Below the pieces are notes generated by a model. The model was not told the origin of the DNA. It searched no databases and saw only the letters and a list, made by a program, of their open reading frames with translations. A DNA stretch of 63,446 nucleotides, counting the filler, from Reticulomyxa filosa (lineage: Eukaryota > Protista > Foraminifera): NCBI GenBank assembly GCA_000512085.1. It is 20 parts of 20 records of this genome, joined end to end, with 100 filler letters (N's around TTAATTAATTAA, not from the genome) between each part and the next. Parts side by side here need not be neighbours in the genome. Positions count along the whole stretch, not along the records: positions 25,235 to 33,037 come from ASPP01000520.1; positions 33,138 to 38,069 come from ASPP01012167.1; positions 38,170 to 39,496 come from ASPP01027144.1; 17 more parts are not named here. The stretch is one strand, 5' to 3'. Each line of letters begins with the position of its first letter. The stretch's first letter is position 1. Positions 26,048 through 39,011 of the stretch are shown here, one piece after another. The translations under genes and the position numbers were made by a program.

Positions 26048-28595
26048 ATGCCTTTTTCAGAGTCTAATTTGCGCAAGCTATGTGATGACTTGCTGAAAGA
26101 TACGAAAAATCTTCCCAAATTACCAACCATTTTGGAATTATTTGAGAAAAACATTGACCATTGTGTGAATGTTGTCTCGTTAGTAGAGTCGATATTTTTT
26201 CACTTTAATCAATCAATTCCATATTTTGAAAGCAAGGTTACCAAAATCGAGAATAGCCGTGACAAAGCAGTTATTATTGTTTGTATTTGTAAAAGTAAGC
26301 AAGAGGAAAAAGAGTGACAGGAAAAAAACAAAGAAAGCAAAATTAAAAAAAAGGTCCAATGGATGCAAAATCAGTGCACACGATTTGAAAATGTGTTATT
26401 GACGGCATTGCTGACCAATCCAACCCAGGGTCATTTTTCGAGATCATTTCCTACATTAGTGAACTTGGCCTTGCACAAAAAAGGTATGAAGAGTTCAATG
26501 GTTTGTTCTGTCATCAATCTCAAGTCATTGTACCAAATAAAATATGTAAAATAAATAAAGACCTATCGCTAAGCAGAAAAATTGCAGCGGTGGTGATGTT
26601 TCGAAGCAATTTGAACAATGGCATGAAACAGTTATTTGTGGTCCATTTGCAAGGCGAAAACAATGCAACTCAAAAGCATAAAGGCTCGCCTTTCAACACT
26701 CAGTCATTGCGCGCGTTTTCGTGGGCTTGTCACGAATCGAGATTTAACTTATATTCCAATGTAATCGTCCCTATTTTGAAGCAAAAATACAACGATTCCA
26801 ATGACCCTGAATTCACTAAAGACGCCTATTATGCCAATTTTTGTGATAATGTGTTGGATATTTTATATCGAACCAAAGCCATACTATCCACACAGGTTCT
26901 CGTGCACTTTCTTTCTTTATTTGCGCTTTTGCGAGCACTAAAGGAGAATACAATTGTTTTTGAGATAAAAATGTAACAATGGAAATGTGTACCAAAAAAA
27001 AAAAAAAGATGACTTCAGATGAATCGGCAACGGAACACGTAAGCCTAAGCGAACCCCCGAAAAAGAAAGCAAAAATTGATATTGGAGAAGTAGTTAAGAA
27101 ATGTATTTGAAAAGTGAAAAGAGGGGGGAGACAACATGTATAAAAGAATATACGCGAAAGAGTATACATAACACATATTGGTGCAAATGGGATATATGAA
27201 AAGATAAGTAATCGCAAGAAAATTCTAAGTGAGTGTTGGCTGGGATATTTGAGCCAAAAAAATTTGCCATTGGAAACCTATTATAAAATATTGAGCAACA
27301 AGTTTGACGAGCGAATAATAAGGACCTTTTTTGATACCAAAACTGCGCTGTTTTTAAGTGACTTTTTAACGAATAGTTACAAAATTGGCGGCGAAATAGC
27401 ATTGCTTTCATTAAAAGCCTTGTTTGTTTTGATCAATGATTACAATCTCGATTTTGGAGAGTTTTATACCTACTTGTACAACCAATTGACATTTGGAATT
27501 TACAAGTCCAAAAATCTCAGCCAACTGTATGAACTTCTTTCCCTGTTTTTATTGCAAAACAAAGGCTATTTGCCGGAATATTTGATTGCTGCATTCATCA
27601 AGAAATTGGCACGTCATTGCTTGTTCATTCACACCCATGGCATCATTTTAAATGCATCTTTGATTTCTCAAATGTTGGCCAAGTACCCTGCAATGAGATT
27701 TTTAGTTGATCAAAGCAAGAAAGGGACTGCTGGTCTCATTGAAAGCATTCGCGTCAATCAACAGCAAAAGCAACACACTCTACAATCGCCCACTTCAGAG
27801 GGTTCAAATGATGCTAATGACGACAACAAGGACAACACAGAAAACAATGCCCAAAAGAGCAAAAGTGTCGAAAGTGACAATGACACGGACACAAGCAGTA
27901 ATACTGACAAGGGCGAACAGAAGGATCAAAATCAAAGTGATGAGAGTGAAGATGAAGAGAAATATGTGACAGACGAAAAGAAAGTAGATGACGATAATGA
28001 TGAAGACAAAAATGAGAATGAGGAACAAGAAAATGAACACGACAATGACGCTAATGCTGTTGATACACCAGATCAAGACAACCAATTTTTTGGTTTGGAC
28101 GAAAAAATGAAATGTGATCCTTTCATTTTGGACTGCCAAGATCCTAAACTTTGCAAAGCTACTCAAAGCTCACTTTGGGAATTGAAAGTTTGTGTCTTTC
28201 TTTTGTGTTTCTCCAAATGTTTGATTATACTTTTCTTTTTTTAATTAGGCATTGTGGCAACATTACGAGTATCGAATTGCTGGTCATTGTCACGAAACAA
28301 TTGTTCATTTTAAAAGTGACAAATACAAACCCTTGCCTTTGTCAAAGGCACATATGTTCACATATCGAAAATTGTTGAATTACTATTTCAATCGAGAACA
28401 AAAAGTTCGTCAAGATTGGAAACAAAAAAAGAAAAAAAGAGGAAAAAGGAAAAAGCTGACGCCAAGAAAAATGAAAATGATCTCCCAGAAAACCAGAGTG
28501 ACAGTGACAACGAAAATGTTCATGCCATCAGCTTCGATCGAAGTGACCATTTATTTTCAGAAAATAGTTTGTTTCGAAATGCATGGATTTTTTGA
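26048..28595 (+). CDS. NOC4: Nucleolar complex protein 4 (CBF/Mak21 domain), spliced
   Basis: LFLSDFLTNSYKIGGEIALLSLKALFVLINDYNLDFGEFYTYLY, YLPEYLIAAFIKKLAR and DPF..DPKLCKATQSSLWELK|ALWQHY are NOC4 signatures. There is an acidic insert, and a poly-A frameshift near 28430 before the AWIF* end. Confidence 0.9.
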
Positions 28596-29262
28596 AATCT
28601 TAAACTTTTTTTTATCTTATTTTTGGATTAATATGATTTTATTGTGAACTTTTAAAGATGAATGGCACTAAATCAATCCAAAAGATAGAATTTCAAACCG
28701 TTTAAAAAACAGGAGGATAAAAACACTTAATCTAAGAAAAATAGTCGCAAGGGAATCTAGCTAACTTTCGAGTGTCTTTTGACAATGAGGAAAGCAAAGA
28801 ACCGATTTAAACACATTTCAATCCTTTCATTAAAACAAGGAGATATGCCGAAAGTAAAACCTTTTTTTGGGGATCATTTGACAGATCCTAACAAACTGGA
28901 CCAAAATATGCTTCAAGTCCCCTTTTAAAAGCCAACAAACGAAACAAAGCAAAACATCAGCACAAGTAAGTATACGAAAAGGACGTATTCATACACGAAA
29001 AATCACCAAACTGACTTCAAGACTTTTTTAATATTTCGTTTTGTCTTTGTTTTCGACTTATTCTTTATTCTTTTTTTGTTTTCCTCTTTCTTTTGATCGT
29101 TATACCAAAATGGGAAAAAAAAGAAAAGGAGGGGAGAAATCAAACCACAAATTAAAAAAATAGAATCAAAACAAAAGCTACCGACCTTGGAAAAAAAGCA
29201 AACAAACGAACACGAAACAGAGCAAAAAACAAGAAAAGACAACAAAACAAAACAAAAAAAGA

Positions 29263-30481
29263 TCAAATAAATCCATGCTGCGATAAATTGTCTCTTACAA
29301 CAATATCTCGCATTGTCTGAAAAAGGTGAGAAACATTTTTCGGATCAGTAGCACAAGTGATATGAACATATACTAATTTTTCCTGGTCATTGCATGTACT
29401 GAGAAATTGCCGTTTTATAAATTCCACCCCGTCTTCAAAACTTGCCTCCTTGCCATTGTAATTGTCGAAATAATCGGAAAGACGAAATTTTTTAATTTTT
29501 TCACGAAACAGGTCTAGTGTTGCGGTGTTGTTTGAGATTACTCAAAGTAGGTCGAAAAGGTATATGAAAAAAGCAAACAAAAAAAAATTACCAGATTTAT
29601 TCAAAAACAAAATAGTATGCGAGTTTTTGAAAACGTCCAAATTAATAATGTGTCCGAACAAAGACAATGATTCTTTCATTCGGTTCTGTGTAGAATCTTC
29701 AAACAAGGTTTGATTAAATTCAGATAAAGCTGCAACAAAAACCATGGCATCACAGTGATCAAATAAATTCATCCATTTACTCCTTTCATTTCTTTGGCCT
29801 CCAACATCGTACAATTCTAAGATTTCGGCCACATTTTTTCCATTGGCTTGGATAACAAATCTCTCTTTATGAAAGCCAATACTTCGTTTACGGCAATGCA
29901 ACACATCTGCAAATGTCGGGATATAATCAGGTTGGGAAAATCGTTCCATATTCTCAAATAAATATTCCACGGTGTCAATCAATTGATATCGATGACGATA
30001 TTCTAGTGTCCTTTGAATCCCTTCATCCATCCATAGACTTCTAAACTTTTCATATTCGACCTTTCCAAACTCATTTTGCTCTGTCATTGCTGCCACTTCT
30101 GCTCTTATTGCTTCATTTTTTTCTGATTACTCGGGTTTTCTCATCCTCTTGTGCCAATTTTTCGCTTTGCGATGCTAATGTTCGCATCGATTCTATTACA
30201 TTCTGTTTTGTCCCACATTTCCTTTTTTTTATTTGTTTACTTTTTTGTTTAAAAAAAACCTTTAAAATGTGCTTCTTGAATAGTTTCAATTCATTCTCTG
30301 TGAACGGCCTTCCGTGTATTTGCTTCATATGTGACAACAACGTTGATTTTCCCGACTCGCCAGCTCCCAACAACAACAATTTGTATTGAAATTCTTCTGA
30401 TCTATCCATTTTTTTCAGCTTGTCTTCAATCCCTTGATGACCTACTTCCTCCTCTGTTAGGCCTGCTGAACAGCACCCCAT
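29263..30481 (-). CDS. Heterotrimeric G-protein alpha subunit (2 introns, one apparent frameshift near 30125)
   Basis: MGCCS acylation start, KLLLLGAGESGKST, DVLHCRKRSIG, DVGGQRNERSKW, ILFLNKS|DLF, HITCATD and the C-terminus DIVVRDNLSQHGFI*. Confidence 0.96.
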
Positions 30482-31329
30482 GGATCTTTATTATATGATT
30501 CTTCGAAAAATTTATTGGGTCATAAAAAGATACGTCAACCCCTTTCTCCTTTGGCACTGTTTCATCCGAAAGCGGAGTGAAAATATTGCTTATTGTTAAG
30601 AGTGCAAATTTTTTAAAGGCTGTTTTCAACACTACATTTTATCTTGTGTTGAATAATTTGGGTAGTACAATGTTTAGATACAATCTGACGAAGATTTTTG
30701 TCTAATATAACAAAAATAAAAAATATTCTAGATATTGTAATATCTGAAACTCTATTGTCATTTTACAGTGTCATTTTATTTTTATAAAAACGATATTAAA
30801 ATGGCTTGATGAATGATACAAAAAATGGAGCTACGTTATAACTCTTTTTAATCTTATTTTATTTAATTAAAAATAATAATTTTTATTTTAATAAAAAGTG
30901 GTTTATTTTCAAAAAAAAGAGACTAAAAAAAATAATGGTCCACAAAATAATCCAAATATATAAGTAATTTTATGTTTGATATTCTATTGTGTTGTGAATT
31001 TTTGGCTGTTATTTCTGAAGTAATTGAAATTTCATAACAATCACAAGGAGAGCATTTTTTATTTTTGATAAATACTAAGTGATAAAATTGACGATGTGAT
31101 AAGGAACTTGTTAATGCAACATAAATTAAATTTTTTTACTAATAGTATTTTTTTTGCTGTCTGCCAAATAAACAAAAAATAAAACATTATCATTTGTGTG
31201 TCTGTTGAAATGTTTTCAATATTAAAATAATGTTTTTTAAGCTTTTGCACTGGAAGGCTTGAAGGTCAGACTATACTTGCTTCGTCTTTCAATCAACACT
31301 GTCTTTTACTATCTATACAAAGTTGCCCT

Positions 31330-32230
31330 AAACAATACAAACAAAAAAAAAGGTCAATTAAACAAACAGTTTGCAACAAATTAAAGAAAACTGATGTTTC
31401 GATATATCAAAGAACTTTGTTCAAATAGATCCAGTCGTCACGATTAAATTTGAAAACTTTTATTCTTACATATTTTTGGTCTACGGTCACCAAACTGTCA
31501 GACCTACATGATCAATTGATATTATGATCATTCCAAGAAAAGTAATGTTTCTTCTTCATATTCACACAATTTACAATCTGATCAGTAAGTTATTTTGATA
31601 TTAAACAGGAACATATTCAATATCGCTTTACATGTGATCAATATACAAATATATATGTTTCATGAATCTCCAATCGATGCAATAATCTTTTCGAATGATT
31701 GAACTTCGATCGGATTGCGTAAATTTTATTCCTTCATTTTTTCAATATCAATTTCATTCTTTTGTGAAAAATAGGTTTAATATATGGAAATTTATGATAA
31801 ATTATCTGGTCTCCTATAATTCAGGTTGATTGAATTCTGCCTGGAGTATTTCTATCTTTGCCATTGCATCTCTAGTTCATTTCCAAGAATGACAGATTGC
31901 CCTTTGATCCAAGAAAGCTCATGAATAACATTTTCTCCAAGTTCTTTCATCAATCTTTAGATTATGCGATCGGAAGTTTGAATTACATTTGCTATGAATA
32001 GTATTTAAAGCAAATTTGCAGAGCTAGTTCGTATTTGAACATTTTTCAATGATTGACGGATTGATCTCACTTCCAATCATTGTGGTAATTCCTTAAATAG
32101 TGAACTTTAATTTAATCTATTTTGATAATGATGGATCTTGAATGATCAATATTACAATCCAAGTCATGAATCTGGTTTGCAACTTTAATATATAAATATC
32201 ACAATAGTCTCACTTCTTGTGTTAGTCATT
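31330..32230 (-). pseudogene. Decayed copy of a probable lineage-expanded gene family
   Basis: Coding-like fragments (KIDERTWRKCYS, LVTVDQKYVRIKVFKFNRDDW) with many stops and no intact ORF. Confidence 0.3.
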
Positions 32231-32639
32231 TTTTTTTTAGCATAGAAAGAATGTTGTATTAAATAATAATATGCTATAAAAGTAACCAACAAATAACATT
32301 CAAGCTTCAACATTTAAGCAATAATTTTAATTTAATTTGTTTAGAAGCATCATTTTATATTATTTCAAAAAGATTTCAATTTAAACCCCAAAACTTTTGT
32401 GATTATCACATAGCTTATTGACTTGCCTCAACTCTGTGCAACTCAGAGGGAATCCAAGGGTCTCTTTGGGACCACGCTCAGACTATACGAGACTTCATCA
32501 AGTGGTGACGTCGTATGCTTCGAAGGTAAATTTCAATCAAATTAAAATAGATAAAATTCAACACTATCCACTTACAAAATTGAACAAAACTATTGCAAAA
32601 ACAAAACAAACATAAATTGTTGAAGCATTTCAAGTAATT

Positions 32640-32830
32640 GGTTTCCTGGCTTTTGTGAGCCTTTTCTTTGATTCTTTAGTTTCCAGTCCTTATGTTGTCT
32701 TTTTCTTTGGTTTTCGGACCTTATGGGCCTTTTCTTTGGTTTCCTGGTTTTTCGGGGCTTTCCTTTAGTCTACAAGCCTTCAGGGTCTTGCCTTCGGTTT
32801 CCGGCCTTTTGTGGCCTTTTCTTTGGTTTT
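32640..32830. repeat. Degenerate ~30-bp tandem repeat (GGTTTCCGGCCTTTTGTGGCCTTTTCTTT-like)
   Basis: About six imperfect units are visible. The minus strand would encode ETKEKAHKxx-like decapeptides. Confidence 0.65.
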
Positions 32831-33138
32831 AGTGACTGCGGCTCCTCGCACGTTGCTGGCGCGAGTGCTTTCCTCACATCTAAATGAGATGCCGAATCGG
32901 ATAAATAGATGTATTTTGGCCTTTCAATGGGCTGTTACCCCCTGTTGGCTTTTAGCTAGCCAACGATGATTAAGGGGGATATTTTTTCTCTATTTTTATT
33001 TTTTTAATTTAAGCAATTAGGCTATGATCAGGATTAANNNNNNNNNNNNNNNNNNNNNNNNNNNNNNNNNNNNNNNNNNNNTTAATTAATTAANNNNNNN
33101 NNNNNNNNNNNNNNNNNNNNNNNNNNNNNNNNNNNNNA

Positions 33139-35981
33139 GTGCCAGAAGCAGCGAAAGTCTGCAAGGAGGCGGAATTGGAAGACTTGAAAAAGCAAGTGGA
33201 GGATATCAACACCCAAGTGAAAGATATGATCCAAAAGATTGACGCCATCAAACAGGCCTCGGGTGACTCGAAAACAGAGATGAAAACAGAGGCGAAAACA
33301 GACAGCACAGACTCGTCGAAGCCAAAAGATCGGTTCTTGGAGGTGATGGAATCGTTTGCGCAAGACGCGAGGAAGTCGGCAGAAGATTTGCAAGCCAAAT
33401 TGAAAGCGTCATTGGATAACATGGCCAGTTTGGCAGTTGCATTTGGAGAAAGCAAAGACATCAAGTTGGAAGACCTTATCAAATACTTTACCGACTTTTT
33501 GGAGTCGTGGGGGAAATCGAGAGAGGCATTACGCAAGATCGAAGCGGAAAAAAAGAAGAAAGAAAACATGGAAGCAAAGAAAAACAAATTGCAAGAAAAG
33601 TTGGTGAAACGCGAAAGCAAGCAAGCCTTACAAGATAAGGGCGTGTTGAAATCGAAAAAGAAAGCCAAACAAGAAAAGCAACAAAAGAAACTGGTTGAAA
33701 ATGTGTTAACAAAAGAGATTAATGAGAAGAAAAAGAGAATTTTGGAATTGGAAGGAAAAGAAAAGAAATTGAAATTGGCTGGTCGACACATTAGTATTTG
33801 CGTGCAACAAATTAAGTATTATTGTCTGCACTGCCAAGAGCTCCATGACGATGCCATGCAACGAAGTGGACAATACTTGCACAAATGTTGGGTGAACCCC
33901 GAAGCGAAAGAAAATCGCGACGAATTGAAAGGAAAGCAATTGCGATGGTTCTCCATGATGGAAAAAATGGACGATTGCGAATGGCAACACGAAGGTCCAT
34001 GCATTCAACAAAACAAAAGTGAAAATGTCGTCCTCGCCGGTATTCAGGTGGTTCGTGACGAGGAAAATCAACGAAAAAGAGGAGACGAAAATGGTCCAAT
34101 CAATAAAGACATATTCCGAAGTGGTGCCATTACACCAAACACATTGACTCGCATTCGCAAAGAAAAAGCGGGCAGTGGAGGCACAGTCCACTCCTTGCTG
34201 GGACGAACACATAGTGGCAAAATCGAAACGGGAAGCGGCAACGAAATCGCCACAAAGCGCAATTATCGAGATGTTCAAATCGGATTTATTGACTGGCGTA
34301 AAAAATTTGATCCCGAGTCGGCCGTGGGATTGGCCATGAAAATCACGCCACTGTTGGAAGAAGAGGAAATGGCAGAAACACCGCTAACACCGGATATGCA
34401 ATTCAAAACTCAAAAGCCAATGAAACAACGCGGAAGCAGAGAACTCAAAGAAAAGGGCTCAGCTTCCGACTCTAAAAATAGTGACACTGATGAGGAACCT
34501 CTCAACAAGTACATTAAACGGGTTAGAAAAAGAGGAAAGAAACAACAAAAGAAAGTATCGTTTGAAAAAGAAAGGTTTGTAACGATAGTTGACTAATGTA
34601 TTGAGTATATTGATATCCATTTACAAAAAGATAATATTACATATATATATATATATATATGTGTATATTGCACATAAATGTATTTGTGTTTATGTTGAAA
34701 AAGAAATCCCGCGAAACCAAATGAAAATCCTCGTCCAAATGTCAAAGGCCTCAAAGGCTACTCGATATCCGTGGAAAACGAAGAAGGAGATAAACAAGTA
34801 GTCGTGACACGCGATGGAGAGACAACAACGCCCTTGGACGAACACGGAGGTGCGCTTGGCAAATCGTCATCCGGACATCGATCTCGCGAGTCCAAGTTCA
34901 TTCCGGGAAGCACTTTGGAGGAATCCAGAAGACTTAAACGAAGAGGAAGCGACGCCTCGTCTCCACGACATAACAAGCGCAGATCCACCATTGAAAACAA
35001 CGTCCACGCCGAAACCTTCCGCGTGACAAACGAGCAAAAAGAAAAGCTGGAAGATTCCGACTTTTTGAAACAATTACGCGATGACTTTATCAACTACGGA
35101 CAACTGACGTATGACTTAAAAAAGAACACGTTGGCCGTAGTATTGAGAGCCCAAAAAGACAGAATGGAGGCTATTGAGCTTTTAGAAAAGAAATTGGGCA
35201 AATTGATGGACGAACAAAAGAAAACCAAAAGGGCGAAGTGGACAATGGAGATGGCGAGATTCGCAAGTTCATATTGCACGAAGAGCAAATACAAATGCTA
35301 CACGACGAAGAGTACATGACCCAAGTCGTGAAAGACTTTGACCATTTTGGAACCATCAACGTTCACGAAAGTGAATTGATTTTGCAATGTCGAGAAAAAT
35401 CAAAGGTGATTGATGCCGTGAGAAAGTTAGAGAAAAGACTTGGCGTGTTGTGGGCACGCGCAGAGATCCAGGAAATTATGAACACATTGCATGTAACTTG
35501 GGATGACGATGATCACAAGATGCTCAAGTTTTTGGACAAAATGACCAAACAGGTCCAACATGGTGCTCGCTTCAACAAACATCGCAAGAAAGGTGCTCCA
35601 GAACACCGATGGGTGTTGGTCAAATTTGGCCGTCTGTTCTGGAAAGAACGGGTATCCGACAAAAATCACAAAAGTCACTCATTTAACTTGACCAAAGTTA
35701 AATATGTCGCTCCTGGAAAAGTTACAAGAGCATTGCAAGATGCCAAAGATGTTCCTGAAGGAACATGCTTCTCTGTTGCCAGTGACTCTGTGACGCTGGA
35801 CTTGCAAGCTGAAAGCGAAGACGTCGCAAACGAATGGGTAAACTACCTTCGAGGATATGTGCGACACTATGCCGAACAAGGAAGGGGACCAGACGAAAAA
35901 GGAGACAAAGAACGGGAAAAAGGGGACAAAGACCGAGATAGAGACAGAGGAGAAAGAGAACACAGACAATCAAAAACTTGA
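33139..35981 (+). CDS. Formin (C-terminal end of FH2) with a long C-terminal extension ending in a PH domain; 5' truncated
   Basis: FH2 post region: DRFLEVMESF..LAVAFGES..LIKYFTDFLESW. The GT-AG intron 34575..34703 joins the frames. A frameshift near 35235 leads to a PLC-like PH domain (GARFNKH..LFW..VAPGK..CFSV..TLDLQAESEDVANEWVNYLR). Confidence 0.8.
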
Positions 35982-36399
35982 TAATGTGAAATAAGGAAAA
36001 AGCCAAATTATTCTTTTTTTTCTTTTTTTTTTTTTTTTCTGTTTGGATGTGATTTTGAAATTGCTGTTTTTGTGGTCGACAAAAATTTTTTTTATGTTGT
36101 TGGGAAATGTGGAACTTGTGGTGACCATGCAAACTTTTGTACTTTTTTTTCTTGCCAAAAAAGTTGCTTTTTGAGATGCTGCAGTAAATCAGTTTCTATG
36201 CATTTTTGCGTAATGTGAAAATATTCCATTGTAAAAAAGAATAACTGCTTAGTAAACCTTCAATACCAATCTGATTGTTCTGTGCGAACACAAAACCTGT
36301 TTTCTGGGTGGCTAAAAAAAAAAAAAAAATTAAAGTTCAAATTTATATTGCTTTGTTCCGGCATTGTCAATTTTCGTCCTCAAATTTACATCCACAAAA

Positions 36400-36787
36400 A
36401 TGTCATTTGGGTATTGTGATCCTTGCCGCTGGACAATGTGTTGGCTTATTGTTGCACTGATTGTTATTACTTGGGCAACCCATTACCAATATGAAAGCGG
36501 GTGTGAACCTCACTAAAAAAGAATCCCCTGCTCAAACAAAAACAAAGCAACAATACACACGCAAACTGAATCATGGCAACAAAGACTTTGACATACGTTG
36601 TATTTTGTTGTTGTTTGTTTTGATTGAACACAGACAGTGGACAAACCTATATTTAGGATGGTTAGTTGTCCTGATAATTACAGTGGTGATGTGCATCGTT
36701 GACGCGATGTTTGACGAAAGAAGTTTTGTGTTTGATCCCGATTATCAAAACTGGGCAGTCAAATCAGGAAACGATAAAGCATTTTAA
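36400..36787 (+). CDS. Small 84-aa two-TM membrane protein; exons 36400-36500 and 36634-36787
   Basis: The ATG is in an A-rich context and a GT-AG intron keeps the frame: MSFGYCDPCRWTMCWLIVALIVITWATHYQYESG|QWTNLYLGWLVVLIITVVMCIVDAMFDERSFVFDPDYQNWAVKSGNDKAF*. Confidence 0.65.
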
Positions 36788-37314
36788 CTGCGTTGTGGAC
36801 AGCCGCATGACGCTTTTAAGGGAAGACAAGAAGAGAAGAGAAAAAAAAAGCTTTGTTTTGTTCAGTTCCGGATTAGACATAGTTTTTTGAGTTGTTATTG
36901 CATACATCACGACTTTGGTTGCCTTTGCAAAGCGAACGTGTCTTGTCTTGCAAAACACGGTAAAGCGGCAAGAGAGGGCAGTGTTTGTTTGAGGAGAAAA
37001 GGAATTTTTTTTTTATAAAATTTTCAAACCAAAAACAAGCCAACTTTTGAGTTTCAGCCAACTCATGCGGTGGTTTTCGCGAATCACAAGCACTTCTAAC
37101 TTTAAGATCAACTTATTGTATTCCCAAATTTGTCTAGATTTGTAGACCTCAGTTGTAAGCCGATTTTTGTGAGAAAACGATATTTCCAATTTTCTAAAGT
37201 CATTGATTTTGATAGTCAAAGTACATTAGAGAAGAAAAAAGGTCAGATTGTAAAAAGATTGAACCGTTATTATCCTGACAGAACCTAGGCGAAGATAAGG
37301 GAAGGAAAAAAAAA

Positions 37315-38021
37315 ATGTCGAATATTTCAATTTCATTTCAAGTTGGAGATCGGGTGCGTGCGTCCGGTAATACAATATAATCTTTTCTTGCAATCATATC
37401 ATTGTCCCAATCTTGTTTTTTTTTGACCCGAGCAAGAGTTGCGTAAAAAACAAAATAAAGCAAATCAATCAAGCGACCGCACAGGAACAGTTCAATATAT
37501 CGGACCTGTCGGTGGAAAAGGCACTTGGGTCGGAGTAGTGTTTGAGGGAAAAGTGTCCAATGGAGGCGATGGAAAAGCCAAAGACGTTTCGTGGAAACTT
37601 TTTTATTGCGCAATAAATTGTTTCAATTGACTACTTTGTCATTTACTTATTTATAAAATTAAACAAAAGGGGACATATTATTTTCGGTGCAAACCAGGCC
37701 AAGGGATTTATGAAAAGCCATCATACTTCAAAAGAGTTGAAGACAAAGAAAAGACAGACAAGTTACAAAAAAAAAAAAAAAAAAAATTTGAAATAAGCGA
37801 ATTAAAAAAGTAAGCAAATGGGTTGATCTTGAAAAGGGAAGCACCTAAAAAAAAGTTATTGACGGATGAAAGAGTGGATCCAAAAGCAATGAGATCTGCG
37901 AATGGTATCAACAAAGAAAAAAAAGACAATGGCAATGGAGTATCCAGTAAATCAACTGCTGATAACTTGACGAATATCGCAGAGATTGGTATTCAAACAG
38001 ATCCTCCATCAGAAACCATCG
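37315..38021 (+). CDS. CAP-Gly domain protein, N-terminal part, spliced and truncated
   Basis: MSNISISFQVGDRVRAS|DRTGTVQYIGPVGGKGTWVGVVFEGKVSNGGDGKAKD|GTYYFRCKPGQGIYEKPS matches the CAP-Gly pattern. Confidence 0.85.
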
Positions 38022-38169
38022 GTTGGGTTGGAATGGCAATACTGCACAACCTTTTTATTTGGCTGTTTTNNNNNNNNNNNNNNNNNNNNNNNNNNNNNNN
38101 NNNNNNNNNNNNNTTAATTAATTAANNNNNNNNNNNNNNNNNNNNNNNNNNNNNNNNNNNNNNNNNNNN

Positions 38170-38302
38170 ATATTTAAAAACTACAAGATTTGTAGATATT
38201 TTTTTAAAAAAATAAGTCTAAATGTTGATTTTTCATTGAGAAAATCAATTATCATCATATGATATCGTTTTAGGCGTTCAGTTTTCTTTGCAACCTACTG
38301 TA
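38170..38302 (-). mobile_element. Tc1/mariner-type element end, copy 3
   Basis: Ends in ...ggcgttcagttttctttgcaacctactg-TA and matches 21990-22124 and 20534-20572. Confidence 0.75.
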
Positions 38303-39011
38303 TATTCACATTTACGTTGCACTTCAAAGTTCTTTGACAAACTTTGAAAATTTTTTACGAAACACTACTAGTGGAAAATATGATCATAATCACGAATTAA
38401 AATTTGTTAAAATAATGTCAAAGATATATGTTTTATTTTGTGCGAGAAGATTGAAGAAATAGAAAAAGCGTTTAGCAATAAATCAGTCAGAGATTTACAC
38501 GTTTACTGAGTCTTGACTAAGAAATCAGCAGAAGATTTTGCATTTGTTATTTTATTAAACTCAAGTAACTTATATTTGTGTACTATGTTGAAACATAACT
38601 CTTTCATTCGACATGCCTTTTGCAAGACCTTCCTTTCTTTTTTTTAATGAAATTATACAAATTTTTAGTTGCACAGTTCCACAAAACAGAAAAAAACAAT
38701 AGAAAACACAGAACAATAAATTTATTTGCTTACATTTCTCGACTTAAAACAGACTGTGTGGCACAAAAAACTCAACGAGGTAAAAATCCTAGAAACAGCT
38801 CTGTCATTGGACAAAACAAAAAATTTAAGACTCATTGAACGCGAGTAAATTGGAATATTGCTTTTAGTAAGTGACGAGACAATATGGGGGTGAATTCTCG
38901 AATTAAAAATCAATACTGCACAGCAACAAAACTTGAATACTTTGGACATGTGGAAAATTGTTGTTTTTTTTTTGATTAGGCACCGCAAGAAAGGACCTCG
39001 AGAATAAGGGC

